NCBI GenBank assembly: GCA_040385725.1
Contig: JAZKGV010000194.1
Location: 21,900 to 85,899 of the forward strand
From: Bacteroidota bacterium
Lineage (GTDB): Bacteria; Bacteroidota; Bacteroidia; Chitinophagales; Chitinophagaceae
Reading direction: 5' to 3'
DNA length: 64,000 bases
Part shown: positions 9,058-18,357 of the stretch, piece after piece
Layout of the letters: each line of letters opens with the position of its first letter
Numbering within the stretch: position 1 is the stretch's first letter
Notes under the pieces: model-generated
Database searches by the model: none
What the model saw: only the letters and a program-made list of their open reading frames with translations
What the model was told of the DNA's origin: nothing
Made by a program: the position numbers and the translations under genes

Positions 9058-11730
9058 ATGAGAAAGTTTTTAACCGTTCTGCTCCTATTCAGTTCGGCAA
9101 TTATAAAAGCACAGGTAGTAAATATTCCTGACCAGGTTTTTCTCCGCAATTTGATAAGTGCCGGGGTGGACATTAATGCTGATGGGCAGATACAACAGAG
9201 TGAAGCGCTTACAGTAACGTATCTCCACCTTGCTTGTTATTCCCTGTGTACAGGGTGTCAGTACCAGCCAGTAAGTGACCTGACCGGGATTCAGGCATTT
9301 ATCAATTTGCAAACTTTAATGATTGAGAGCGATTGTTCAGGTTCAACCTTTGAAGGAATTAACTATCTCAACTTAAGTGGCCTCTCTAACCTTAAAAATG
9401 TAAGTGTTTTGGATGACGCCCCTTTGAGAAAGATTAACCTGGCAGGTTGTACCGGGTTGGAAACATTGTCAATTTCAATTTCTAGTGATGCTAATTCAGG
9501 AGGAACTCCTGATACAATTGATCTTCGCAGTTGTACAAACATAAATTATGTTTATTTAAAGGATGTCGTTTTTAATGTATTGAATGCAGAAAATTGCGCC
9601 AATTTGAGAAAATTGGAATTCTTAGGAACAAATTATAATGGAATTCTTCAGACGATCAACATACACAATGCAGTAAATCTGGAGTATTTTATCGCTCCTG
9701 CTTCATTCGGATGGCTGAATATAGACTTTAGCAACTTACCCAGGTTGAGAAGAATAAATATAGATCCATACGAATTGGCAGACGCTAATTTTACAGGCTG
9801 TACTTCACTGGATACTGTGGATATTGGCTGGAATACCTATACAAAAAGCATCCTTGATTTTAGTACTTGCCCAAGGCTTAAACATTTAAATATAGGTTTT
9901 TGGTCGTCTGGTTCTTCTTTAAAATTCCTTAATATTAAAAATGGCAGCAGTTTAAATACTTTTACAACTCCCACTAATTACGGCACATTTACAACAGTAT
10001 GTGCAGATGATTTTGAAGCAGCGTCAATAAGAACATACCTGGCGGCTCACAATAATCCAACCACTCATGTTTATTCCTACTGTTCTTTCTATCCTGGTGG
10101 TAATTATAACACTATTACGGGCAAACTAAGGATCAATGATAACAATAATGGCTGCGATAACAGTGACAGGCAATTGGTAAATATTCCTGTAAAATTCACA
10201 GATACAACGGGCCAGTCTGTAACGGTATTTTCTAATAATACAGGAGATTATTCTGTTTACACATACAAAGGGCTGTTCAGTTTTGCACCCTATTTGCCGT
10301 ACCCATATTTTACTATAAACCCGGCTAACCCTGTTGTAAGTTTTGATACAGCCAACAGCCTTGTCAACACAACAAATTTCTGCCTCCAGCCAGATGGCGT
10401 TCACAATGACCTTGAAATAAATTTTCTCCCCGGAAGAGCTTCAAGGCCAGGCTTTAATGCCACTTATATTTTAACTTATAAAAATCGTGGTAATACCACA
10501 CTCTCAGGTTCGGCCACACTTAATTTTGATAACAGTAAAATGAATTTTATTAATGCGTCTGTACCGGTTACTATCCAAAATACAGGACAGTTGGTGTGGG
10601 ATTATAATAACCTGTTGCCTTTAGAAACGAAAACAATGTATGTTACTTTTTATTTATTACCCCCGCCAATAAATAATATCAATGATACCATTTATTATTT
10701 AGCCACCATTACTCCTTCAGCAAATGATGAAACAGCTTTTGACAATAGTTTCATTCTTCCGCAAAGGTTAACAGGCTCTTATGATCCAAATGATAAACAA
10801 TGTCTCGAAGGAAGTAAACTCGACATCAGTAAGATTGGTGATTACATTCATTATCAAATACGTTTCCAAAATGAAGGAACAGATACTGCATTTAATGTTG
10901 TGGTAGCAGATACGTTAAGTGATAAACTGGACTGGAGTACATTTGAATTTACTGCCGGCAGCAATACATGCAATGCAAAACTTACCAATAATAAAGCAGA
11001 GTTCTTTTTCCCGGATATAAACCTTCCTCATAAAGCCATTGATGAACCAGGAAGTAATGGATGGGTTTCATTTAAAATAAAGCCTAAGCCATCTGTTGTT
11101 ATTGGTGATTCATTAAACAACAGCGCTGCTATTTATTTTGATTTTAATTTACCAGTAATAACAAATACTGCTACAACAATTGTTACCTCTTCTTCCACGC
11201 CAGTGCCTGTTAAACTGGAATATTTTTCTGTAAACAAAAAAGAAAATACCAATCAACTGAACTGGAAAGCAAGCTGTACTTATGGTAATGCAACTTTTGC
11301 AATTGAAAGAAGTGATGATGGTAATCATTTCACCAGTATTGGAAATATCAGTGCTACTGCGTTGCGTTGCCAGTTGCCTTTTAACTTTATTGATAACAAT
11401 CCTGTGGCAGGCAAAAATTATTACCGGTTGAAAATTACAGATGCTGATGGTGTTTCTTTTTACAGCAAAGTATTAGTTGTAGGAAATAATAAAGCTGGTA
11501 TAGAAATTACTGCTGTGGCAAACAATATTATTTATCTTAATAGTAATAAACAACAAACAGTAATAATGAAAGTAGTTACTGCGGATGGAAGAATAATCTA
11601 TAGCGGAAATAAAACGATAAATACTGGCAACAGCAATGTAAATTTATCAGTGAAAGAAGCTTCAGGAGTATATACATTGATTATTTATACAATGGATGGT
11701 AATGCTGTAATAAGGAAATATGTAAAGTAA
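9058..11730 (+). CDS. T9SS LRR protein; paralogue 4
   Basis: Same architecture; Cys-containing insert in the N-terminal cap; ends IRKYVK. Confidence 0.88.
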   Translation: MRKFLTVLLLFSSAIIKAQVVNIPDQVFLRNLISAGVDINADGQIQQSEALTVTYLHLACYSLCTGCQYQPVSDLTGIQAFINLQTLMIESDCSGSTFEGINYLNLSGLSNLKNVSVLDDAPLRKINLAGCTGLETLSISISSDANSGGTPDTIDLRSCTNINYVYLKDVVFNVLNAENCANLRKLEFLGTNYNGILQTINIHNAVNLEYFIAPASFGWLNIDFSNLPRLRRINIDPYELADANFTGCTSLDTVDIGWNTYTKSILDFSTCPRLKHLNIGFWSSGSSLKFLNIKNGSSLNTFTTPTNYGTFTTVCADDFEAASIRTYLAAHNNPTTHVYSYCSFYPGGNYNTITGKLRINDNNNGCDNSDRQLVNIPVKFTDTTGQSVTVFSNNTGDYSVYTYKGLFSFAPYLPYPYFTINPANPVVSFDTANSLVNTTNFCLQPDGVHNDLEINFLPGRASRPGFNATYILTYKNRGNTTLSGSATLNFDNSKMNFINASVPVTIQNTGQLVWDYNNLLPLETKTMYVTFYLLPPPINNINDTIYYLATITPSANDETAFDNSFILPQRLTGSYDPNDKQCLEGSKLDISKIGDYIHYQIRFQNEGTDTAFNVVVADTLSDKLDWSTFEFTAGSNTCNAKLTNNKAEFFFPDINLPHKAIDEPGSNGWVSFKIKPKPSVVIGDSLNNSAAIYFDFNLPVITNTATTIVTSSSTPVPVKLEYFSVNKKENTNQLNWKASCTYGNATFAIERSDDGNHFTSIGNISATALRCQLPFNFIDNNPVAGKNYYRLKITDADGVSFYSKVLVVGNNKAGIEITAVANNIIYLNSNKQQTVIMKVVTADGRIIYSGNKTINTGNSNVNLSVKEASGVYTLIIYTMDGNAVIRKYVK

Positions 11731-11796
11731 TCCGTGAAGTTAGTAAGCAGGCGATCGACAGAAATAGTTATATTAGCATTAATAAACTATAGTTTT

Positions 11797-13356
11797 ATGA
11801 AACCCTTCCTTACAACTTTATTCCTTTTCCTGGCATTGGTTTCACAAGCCCAGGTTATAAACATTCCCAATACAGCTTTTAAAAGACAATTATTATATAC
11901 CTACGACACAGATCACAATGGAGAACTGGAACAGTCAGAAGCGCTTGCTATCCGGAATTTGTATGTTGGTTGTTATCTTGTAAGTAGCGGAGGAGAATTT
12001 TTCAGTTATGCTGTTTCAGATTTAACAGGGATAGAGCATTTTACAAACCTTGAACGACTAACAATTGCTGGCACTTGTTCCGGGGGCGGAGGGGTTGAAT
12101 ATCCGAATCTCAGTGGCCTTTCAAATCTTACATACCTTTCCATCGGCGATGCAGACCGTTTGAGCAAAATCAACCTTACTGGTTGCATCAAACTGGATTC
12201 TCTTATTATAGGCGGCTCAGACTACGGCAATCCAAGCCCTCTTGATACACTTGATCTGAATAGCTGTACCAGTTTAAGATATGTAAACCTTTACTTTCTT
12301 TTTCACTTTAAAAAATTGATTGTTGACAGTTGTATTAATTTAAAGGAACTATACCTAAGCCAAATGTTTGGTGAAAGCTTAGACCTTAGCCATTTGGTTA
12401 GCCTTGAAAAACTTGGGGTAACAGATGCTTACAATAATATCAATTTGAATTGTTCCAATCTCACTCAACTAAAAACTGTAGACGTTATCACAGGCGACCT
12501 TGCAGACATACAATTCACCGGTTGTACAAATCTTGAAAGGGTTCTTGTTGATGCCGGTACTTTCCCTTCTTCATACTTAGACTTCAGCAGTTCGCCTAAC
12601 CTTACAAATTTGATACTGAATCTTTACTACAATCCCCCATCTCAGTTTTCCAACCTTAGATTGCTAAATCTTAAAAACGGAAGCCGTCTGAATCAATTCT
12701 TTTTTTCTGCCTCTCTCAATATACAACAGGTTTGTGCCGATGATTTTGAAGTTGATACTTTGCAACAGTATTTTATTAATGACAACCAAAATGTGAATGT
12801 AACTTCTTCCTGTTCTTTATTCCCTGTTCCTGTTAAGCTTGAATATTTTTCTGCAAACAAAAAAGAAAATACCAATCAACTGAACTGGAAAGCAAGTTGT
12901 ACTTATGGCAATGCCGCATTTGTAATTGAAAGAAGCAATGACGGTATTCATTTCAACAGTATTGGAAATATTAATGCTACAGCATTGCGTTGCCAATTGC
13001 CTTTCAATTTTACAGACAATAATCCGGTGTCTGGTAAGAATTATTACCGGTTAAAAATTACGGATTCTGATGGGAAAAGTTTTTACAGTAAAATTTTAGT
13101 TGTTGGTAATAGCAAAGCTGGCATAGAAATTATTGCAGTTGCCAACAATACGGTTTATTTTAACAGCAGTAAGCAACAAACTGTACAGTTAAAACTAATT
13201 GCAAGTGATGGAAAGGAAATACTGAGTCAAAAACAAAATATCACTTCGGGCAATAACAGTATTAATCTACAAATAAAAAATACAGCTAAAGGAATATATA
13301 CTTTGATTGTTTATACAAAAGAAGGAGAAACAATCACAAAAAGGTTTATGCAATAA
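11797..13356 (+). CDS. T9SS LRR protein; paralogue 5, lacking the central Ig-like/DUF7619-like modules
   Basis: ATG at 11797 gives signal peptide MKPFLTTLFLFLALVSQA. The LRR region joins directly to PVPVKLEYF; ends TKRFMQ. Confidence 0.85.
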   Translation: MKPFLTTLFLFLALVSQAQVINIPNTAFKRQLLYTYDTDHNGELEQSEALAIRNLYVGCYLVSSGGEFFSYAVSDLTGIEHFTNLERLTIAGTCSGGGGVEYPNLSGLSNLTYLSIGDADRLSKINLTGCIKLDSLIIGGSDYGNPSPLDTLDLNSCTSLRYVNLYFLFHFKKLIVDSCINLKELYLSQMFGESLDLSHLVSLEKLGVTDAYNNINLNCSNLTQLKTVDVITGDLADIQFTGCTNLERVLVDAGTFPSSYLDFSSSPNLTNLILNLYYNPPSQFSNLRLLNLKNGSRLNQFFFSASLNIQQVCADDFEVDTLQQYFINDNQNVNVTSSCSLFPVPVKLEYFSANKKENTNQLNWKASCTYGNAAFVIERSNDGIHFNSIGNINATALRCQLPFNFTDNNPVSGKNYYRLKITDSDGKSFYSKILVVGNSKAGIEIIAVANNTVYFNSSKQQTVQLKLIASDGKEILSQKQNITSGNNSINLQIKNTAKGIYTLIVYTKEGETITKRFMQ

Positions 13357-13381
13357 TACTTGCTGGAAAAGAGTAGTGCCG

Positions 13382-13414
13382 AACAACCGATGTTTTTTAA
13401 ACTTCGGTTGTTTT
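13382..13414 (+). terminator. Probable intrinsic terminator after the LRR array
   Basis: AACAACCGA...TCGGTTGTT inverted repeat followed by Ts. Confidence 0.5.
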
Positions 13415-13434
13415 CGTTATAGCTTGCCTACATA

Positions 13435-14508
13435 ATGAAGATAAATGAGGTTGCTTACCTTTACCCCATGCGCTTCTCTCACATACCGAATGCAGCTGTA
13501 AGCAATAATAACGACCGGCCCATGATGCAGAAAGAAGTGTATCCTGTAAGCACTGCCCTGCAACAATACCTTCAGCAATATAAAAAAGACACAGCGCTTC
13601 CTGTTGCATATACAGAACTGCTGCATTACGAATACACCAATGCCATTAAAGATGACAAAGGCAAACACATCCATTGGGAAAGAGTGGTGTACAGCAAAAA
13701 ATTACTGGCTGAACTAAAACAAAAACTATCGCTCTTATATACGCTGTTAAAAAAAGAAGGAGACATCCAGATCGACTCCATAGATTTTTGTGAATACGCC
13801 AACAGCATGCCTTTCCGCATCAATATCACCCATACAAAAAATAATCAACCCGATCTGTTCTATATCAAATCAGCCGATGCTTCCAGGATTTACGGGCTGG
13901 AACTGGAGCAACTGCTCACCAAAAACCACATCAATTTTTTGTATCACCAAAACACCCTGGTGGAAGAACATATTGATGGCATACCCGGCGATAACTTTCT
14001 GGAAACGGTGAATGAATTAAAGGAAGAAGAAAAGAAATTACTGGCTGAAGCCTTTATAAGTTTTAATGAAAGCTGTTTTGCAAGATTGCTGGGTGATATG
14101 CGTAGCTACAATTTTGTGGTGGTAAAAAACAACAATGCTCAAAACCCTTTTACCATTAAAGCCATTGATTTTGACCAGCAGTGTTATGAAGGCAAACTCA
14201 ATTTATACCTGCCGCAGTTTTATAAAGAGAACTACCAATATGTACAATTGGCCACTTCATTATTAAGTGATGTAAGCATTGATGCAATAAGAATGGCAGA
14301 GAGAAAAGAGCTGGTCGGGCATTTTATCAACAACAAACAACAGTTAATTGCCCTGCTGCAGGTGATGGAAAAAGAGGAGATATCCGAACAGTACAAAGTG
14401 GTTTCCTTACGCAAAGAGTTGAACCAGTACCACCACACCCAGCATTTCAGCGCCTGCCACACTATGGGCAGCCTGGTAAGGCATCAACTGGAGCAAATGC
14501 TTGGTTAA
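13435..14508 (+). CDS. Hypothetical protein with protein-kinase-like motifs
   Basis: Ordered motifs [28 protein letters not shown]. Confidence 0.65.
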   Translation: MKINEVAYLYPMRFSHIPNAAVSNNNDRPMMQKEVYPVSTALQQYLQQYKKDTALPVAYTELLHYEYTNAIKDDKGKHIHWERVVYSKKLLAELKQKLSLLYTLLKKEGDIQIDSIDFCEYANSMPFRINITHTKNNQPDLFYIKSADASRIYGLELEQLLTKNHINFLYHQNTLVEEHIDGIPGDNFLETVNELKEEEKKLLAEAFISFNESCFARLLGDMRSYNFVVVKNNNAQNPFTIKAIDFDQQCYEGKLNLYLPQFYKENYQYVQLATSLLSDVSIDAIRMAERKELVGHFINNKQQLIALLQVMEKEEISEQYKVVSLRKELNQYHHTQHFSACHTMGSLVRHQLEQMLG

Positions 14509-14579
14509 AGGCTGATTTTAGCGTTTACTCAGTCCTTTTGGCTGCCAAACCAGGCGGTATTTATAAAAGTAAAACCATT

Positions 14580-14587
14580 TATCTTTG
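14580..14587 (+). promoter_or_regulatory. Bacteroidota primary-sigma -7 box (TAnnTTTG) for clpX
   Basis: TATCTTTG ending 5 nt before the ATG at 14592. Confidence 0.6.
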
Positions 14588-14591
14588 CAGT

Positions 14592-15830
14592 ATGGCAAAA
14601 CAAACCACACTCCATTGTTCTTTCTGCGGCCGCAGCCGTGATGAAGTGAAGATCCTGATAGCAGGGCAGGAAGGTCACATCTGCGAAAACTGTGTAGAAC
14701 ATGCACAGGAAATAATCAGCCAGGAGTTGATGATATACCCTGAAACAAAAGCCGCTACCCACTCACACAAACTAAGTGTTAAAAAACCATTAGAGATAAA
14801 GAAGTTCCTTGACGATTATGTGATCGGGCAGGATGATGCAAAGAAGATCTTAGCCGTTGCAGTATATAATCACTACAAACGCCTTAATCAAAAAGTAGAG
14901 AATGATGTAGAGATCGAAAAGAGCAACATCATTATGGTGGGTGAAACAGGTACCGGCAAAACATTACTGGCAAAATCAATTGCCCGTATGCTGAATGTAC
15001 CTTTTGCTATTGTGGATGCAACTGTATTTACTGAAGCCGGTTATGTAGGAGAAGATGTGGAAAGCATGCTGAGCCGTTTGTTGCAGGCCTGCAATTATGA
15101 TGTGGCCGCTGCTGAAAAAGGAATTGTATTTATTGACGAGATCGATAAAATTGCCCGTAAAAGTGATAACCCATCCATCACCCGTGATGTAAGTGGTGAA
15201 GGTGTACAACAGGGTTTATTAAAATTGCTTGAAGGAACAGAAGTGCTGGTGCCACCACAAGGCGGCCGCAAACATCCTGAACAAAAACTGGTAAAGGTTA
15301 ACACACAAAATATCCTGTTTATCTGCGGTGGCGCATTTGACGGCGTTGATAAACTAATTGCCCGCCGTGTGAACACACATGCTATCGGTTTTAATGTAAA
15401 CAAAGAACTACAGGAGTTTCAACAAAAGAATTTATTGCAGTTTGTAAACGCAGTTGACCTTAAACATTTTGGTTTGATACCGGAGTTGCTGGGCCGTTTA
15501 CCTGTTGTTACCTATCTCAATCCATTGGATGCCCCAACGCTCCGCAATATTTTAACGGAACCAAAGAATGCATTGATAAAACAGTTCACCCGTTTGTTTG
15601 AAATAGAAGGAATCGCCCTCACATTTGAACCTGCGGTGTATGACTTTATGGTGGAAAGGGCACTTGAATACAAATTGGGTGCAAGAGGATTAAGAAGTAT
15701 CTGCGAAGGTATATTGACAGATGCAATGTATGAACTGCCTTCACAGAAAGTAAAAACTTTTGAAGTAACATTGGAATATGCACAAAGGAAATTCAGTACG
15801 AGCAAGATGAGTATGCTGAAGGTGGCGTAA
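14592..15830 (+). CDS. clpX: ATP-dependent Clp protease ATP-binding subunit ClpX
   Basis: CSFCG...C..C zinc-binding domain, GETGTGKT Walker A, VFIDEID Walker B, HAIGF loop, GARGLR. Start moved to ATG 14592. Confidence 0.97.
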   Translation: MAKQTTLHCSFCGRSRDEVKILIAGQEGHICENCVEHAQEIISQELMIYPETKAATHSHKLSVKKPLEIKKFLDDYVIGQDDAKKILAVAVYNHYKRLNQKVENDVEIEKSNIIMVGETGTGKTLLAKSIARMLNVPFAIVDATVFTEAGYVGEDVESMLSRLLQACNYDVAAAEKGIVFIDEIDKIARKSDNPSITRDVSGEGVQQGLLKLLEGTEVLVPPQGGRKHPEQKLVKVNTQNILFICGGAFDGVDKLIARRVNTHAIGFNVNKELQEFQQKNLLQFVNAVDLKHFGLIPELLGRLPVVTYLNPLDAPTLRNILTEPKNALIKQFTRLFEIEGIALTFEPAVYDFMVERALEYKLGARGLRSICEGILTDAMYELPSQKVKTFEVTLEYAQRKFSTSKMSMLKVA

Positions 15831-15865
15831 ACAATGGAAAATTGAAAATTAATAATTGATAATGG
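15831..15865. repeat. Degenerate tandem heptamer array (5 units)
   Basis: ACAATGG AAAATTG AAAATTA ATAATTG ATAATGG. Confidence 0.6.
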
Positions 15866-15890
15866 TGCAACTTTAGGGTTGCACTTTTTT
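15865..15890 (+). terminator. Intrinsic terminator of clpX
   Basis: GTGCAAC-TTTAGG-GTTGCAC followed by T6. Confidence 0.75.
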
Positions 15891-15925
15891 ATGAGCCAGG
15901 GTTTGGAATATCTATTTAGCTGCGG

Positions 15926-15945
15926 TGGCGTCGCACTCTTGTACT
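15926..15945. repeat. 20-bp dispersed intergenic repeat, copy 1
   Basis: TGGCGTCGCACTCTTGTACT, identical at 47965-47984. Confidence 0.8.
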
Positions 15946-15975
15946 TCGTAATATAATTATGCTTTTTGCTAACTA

Positions 15976-16497
15976 CTAAAAATTACAATTGCAAACCTGG
16001 AATGTTGGCTTTATTATTTTCTCCGATCTGGAAAAAATATTAAATCTGAAAATAGGTGTGTCAAAATAGTAGCATTCAAACATAGTTTTAAAACCATTGT
16101 AACCTCTTCTTAACCTATAACCTGCTCCTTCATTTAATACGAGGTTGCCGCTTTCGTCAAAAACTTTGATTCTTCTAAAACTATTTGTACTGTCTGAACT
16201 TGAATTCACAATTAAAAAAAGTAATTCTTTCTTATTGTAGTATGAAATGGTAATTTGGTTCAGGTTAAAACTATGCAAAGTGTCAGTTTTAAGAAGATTT
16301 GAATCGATCTGTTCCTGCGCCCATTCAAGCGGATGCATTCCAAATCTGTAATCTGTTTCTCTTTGTATTAGGTCTCTTGCCTTTTTAGTACAAGAATCAT
16401 AGAATTTATGATATTGTCTATTAAACAATGGTTCTTTTTGTGCTAGGCCTATTTTGCACAAAAAAACAGCAAAGAACAAAAAGTAAATTTTAAACAT
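15976..16497 (-). CDS. Hypothetical secreted protein
   Basis: 173-aa ORF with signal-peptide-like N-terminus (MFKIYFLFFAVFLCKIGLAQ); no recognised family. Confidence 0.6.
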   Translation of the reverse strand: MFKIYFLFFAVFLCKIGLAQKEPLFNRQYHKFYDSCTKKARDLIQRETDYRFGMHPLEWAQEQIDSNLLKTDTLHSFNLNQITISYYNKKELLFLIVNSSSDSTNSFRRIKVFDESGNLVLNEGAGYRLRRGYNGFKTMFECYYFDTPIFRFNIFSRSEKIIKPTFQVCNCNF

Positions 16498-16529
16498 GAT
16501 TTTTTTTCTGTCTCAGAATGATTTGCTTT

Positions 16530-18083
16530 TTAAAACCAACTCTTCGTCTTCGAGCTCTTCCTGCTTCTTCCTCCCAAACCCAACGCACCCAACAAAGAAC
16601 GTACAATGATATTCCCACCTGTACGCACCATACTTTTTACAATGGTATTATTAGCCACTTTTTCCAGTGTGGATGGCTCTTCTTTTTTAGAACCTTTCTT
16701 TTCATCTTCTGCTTCACCTCTCTCTGCAGCTTCTTCCAGTTTGGCCGTTAACATTTCATAAGCGCTGTGGCTGTCTATCACCTGGTTGTATTTGGCAACC
16801 AGTTTTGATTTTGCATTGATGGCATCAATTTCATTTTGCTGTAACACATCCATGCGGCTACGTGGCGCACAAAGCATGGTATGCACCAGCGGCGTGGGAA
16901 TACCTTTTTCATTCAGCATCGTTACCAATGCTTCGCCAATACCGAGTTGTGTTATCAGGTCTTCTGTTTTATAAAATTCTGTTTCAGGATAATTTTCTGC
17001 CGTTTGTTTTATCACTTTCCTGTCGGCAGCAGTAAAGGCACGTAAAGCATGTTGCACTTTCATACCCAATTGCGCCAGCACACTGGCGGGTACATCCATC
17101 GGGTTTTGTGTACAGAAGAAAATACCAATGCCTTTTGAGCGTATCAGTTTTATAATGGTCTCAATTTGTTGCAACAAAGCACTGCTTGCCTCCTGGAATA
17201 TCAAATGAGCTTCATCAATAAATAATACCAGTTTCGGTTTATCTAAATCGCCTTCTTCCGGACAAGAAGCGTACAACTCTGCCAACATCTGCAGCATAAA
17301 GGTTGAGAACAATTTTGGCTTATCCTGCAGGTCGGTAACACGTAAAACATTTATCACTCCCCTGCCCTGCTGGTCAATACGCATCAGGTCGTCCACTTCA
17401 AAACTTTTTTCACCAAAGAAATTATCTGCGCCCTGTTGCTGCAGTTCTATCACTTTACGTAAAATCGTTCCTGTGCTGGTGGTGGAAATTTTACCATAGG
17501 TTTTTTCCATTTCTGCTTTGCCTTCATCGCTTACAAATTGCAACACTTTTATAAAATCTTTCAGATCAAGTAAGGGCAGTTTGGTATCATCACAATACTT
17601 AAATATCATGGCAACAAAGCCAGCCTGTGTATCATTCAGCTCTAATATTTTACTTAATAATACAGGGCCAAATTCGCTAACGGTTGCCCTCAAATGCACC
17701 CCGTTTTTACCTGTAAGCGTCAGCAATTCCGCAGGAAATAATGAAGGCGTATAAGTAAGATTCAGTTTTTGATAACGGTCAGTTATTTTATCATTGGCAG
17801 TACCCATCGCAGCTATTCCACTCAAATCGCCCTTTATATCCATCACCAACACCGGTACACTGGCATCACTCAGCATTTCACTTATCACCTGCAATGTTTT
17901 TGTTTTGCCCGTACCGGTAGCGCCAGCGATCAATCCATGACGGTTCATTGTTTTTAATGGCAACCTTACCGCTGCTTCTGCAATTGCTTCACCATTTAAA
18001 ACACCAGCGCCTATTTGTACGGCTTCTCCTTTAAAACTATATCCATCTTTTACTGCCTGTATAAATGCTTCTTTATTTGCCAT
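16530..18083 (-). CDS. HerA-like ATPase, DUF853/YjgR family
   Basis: NRHGLIAGATGTGKTKTLQ Walker A, LFIDEAH Walker B, RSKGIG, TQNP, QHALRAFT. Confidence 0.9.
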   Translation of the reverse strand: MANKEAFIQAVKDGYSFKGEAVQIGAGVLNGEAIAEAAVRLPLKTMNRHGLIAGATGTGKTKTLQVISEMLSDASVPVLVMDIKGDLSGIAAMGTANDKITDRYQKLNLTYTPSLFPAELLTLTGKNGVHLRATVSEFGPVLLSKILELNDTQAGFVAMIFKYCDDTKLPLLDLKDFIKVLQFVSDEGKAEMEKTYGKISTTSTGTILRKVIELQQQGADNFFGEKSFEVDDLMRIDQQGRGVINVLRVTDLQDKPKLFSTFMLQMLAELYASCPEEGDLDKPKLVLFIDEAHLIFQEASSALLQQIETIIKLIRSKGIGIFFCTQNPMDVPASVLAQLGMKVQHALRAFTAADRKVIKQTAENYPETEFYKTEDLITQLGIGEALVTMLNEKGIPTPLVHTMLCAPRSRMDVLQQNEIDAINAKSKLVAKYNQVIDSHSAYEMLTAKLEEAAERGEAEDEKKGSKKEEPSTLEKVANNTIVKSMVRTGGNIIVRSLLGALGLGGRSRKSSKTKSWF

Positions 18084-18246
18084 TATAAAAATTTTACCGA
18101 AAGATACAAAGCTGGTGTAAATACAAACCCTGTTTTTTTAGACAATAACAAATGATTTTAAGTATCAACCGGACATTTCTACAATATGCATCATGCCGCC
18201 TATCAAAATCATTAATACTATTTTATGCTTAATATCTACAACTGCC

Positions 18247-18254
18247 TATTTTTG
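18247..18254 (+). promoter_or_regulatory. -7 box upstream of the M16 pair
   Basis: TATTTTTG about 100 nt upstream of the ATG. Confidence 0.4.
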
Positions 18255-18357
18255 GCGCTCAAACAAAAATTATGAAATGAGCCAAAACAACAGTTGACAA
18301 CAACCAACGCTGTTTATTGGCGAATTCCATGTGACCTAAATCAATAAAAATAAACAC

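Noticed and set aside
1130-13356. Diversity-generating retroelement acting on the paralogue array
   Set aside because: No reverse transcriptase or non-coding template repeat in the window; mismatches between copies are mostly third-position and not adenine-specific.
18272-18357. uORFs (MK*, MSQNNS*) upstream of the M16 gene
   Set aside because: Very short and expected by chance in A-rich leaders; no supporting structure.
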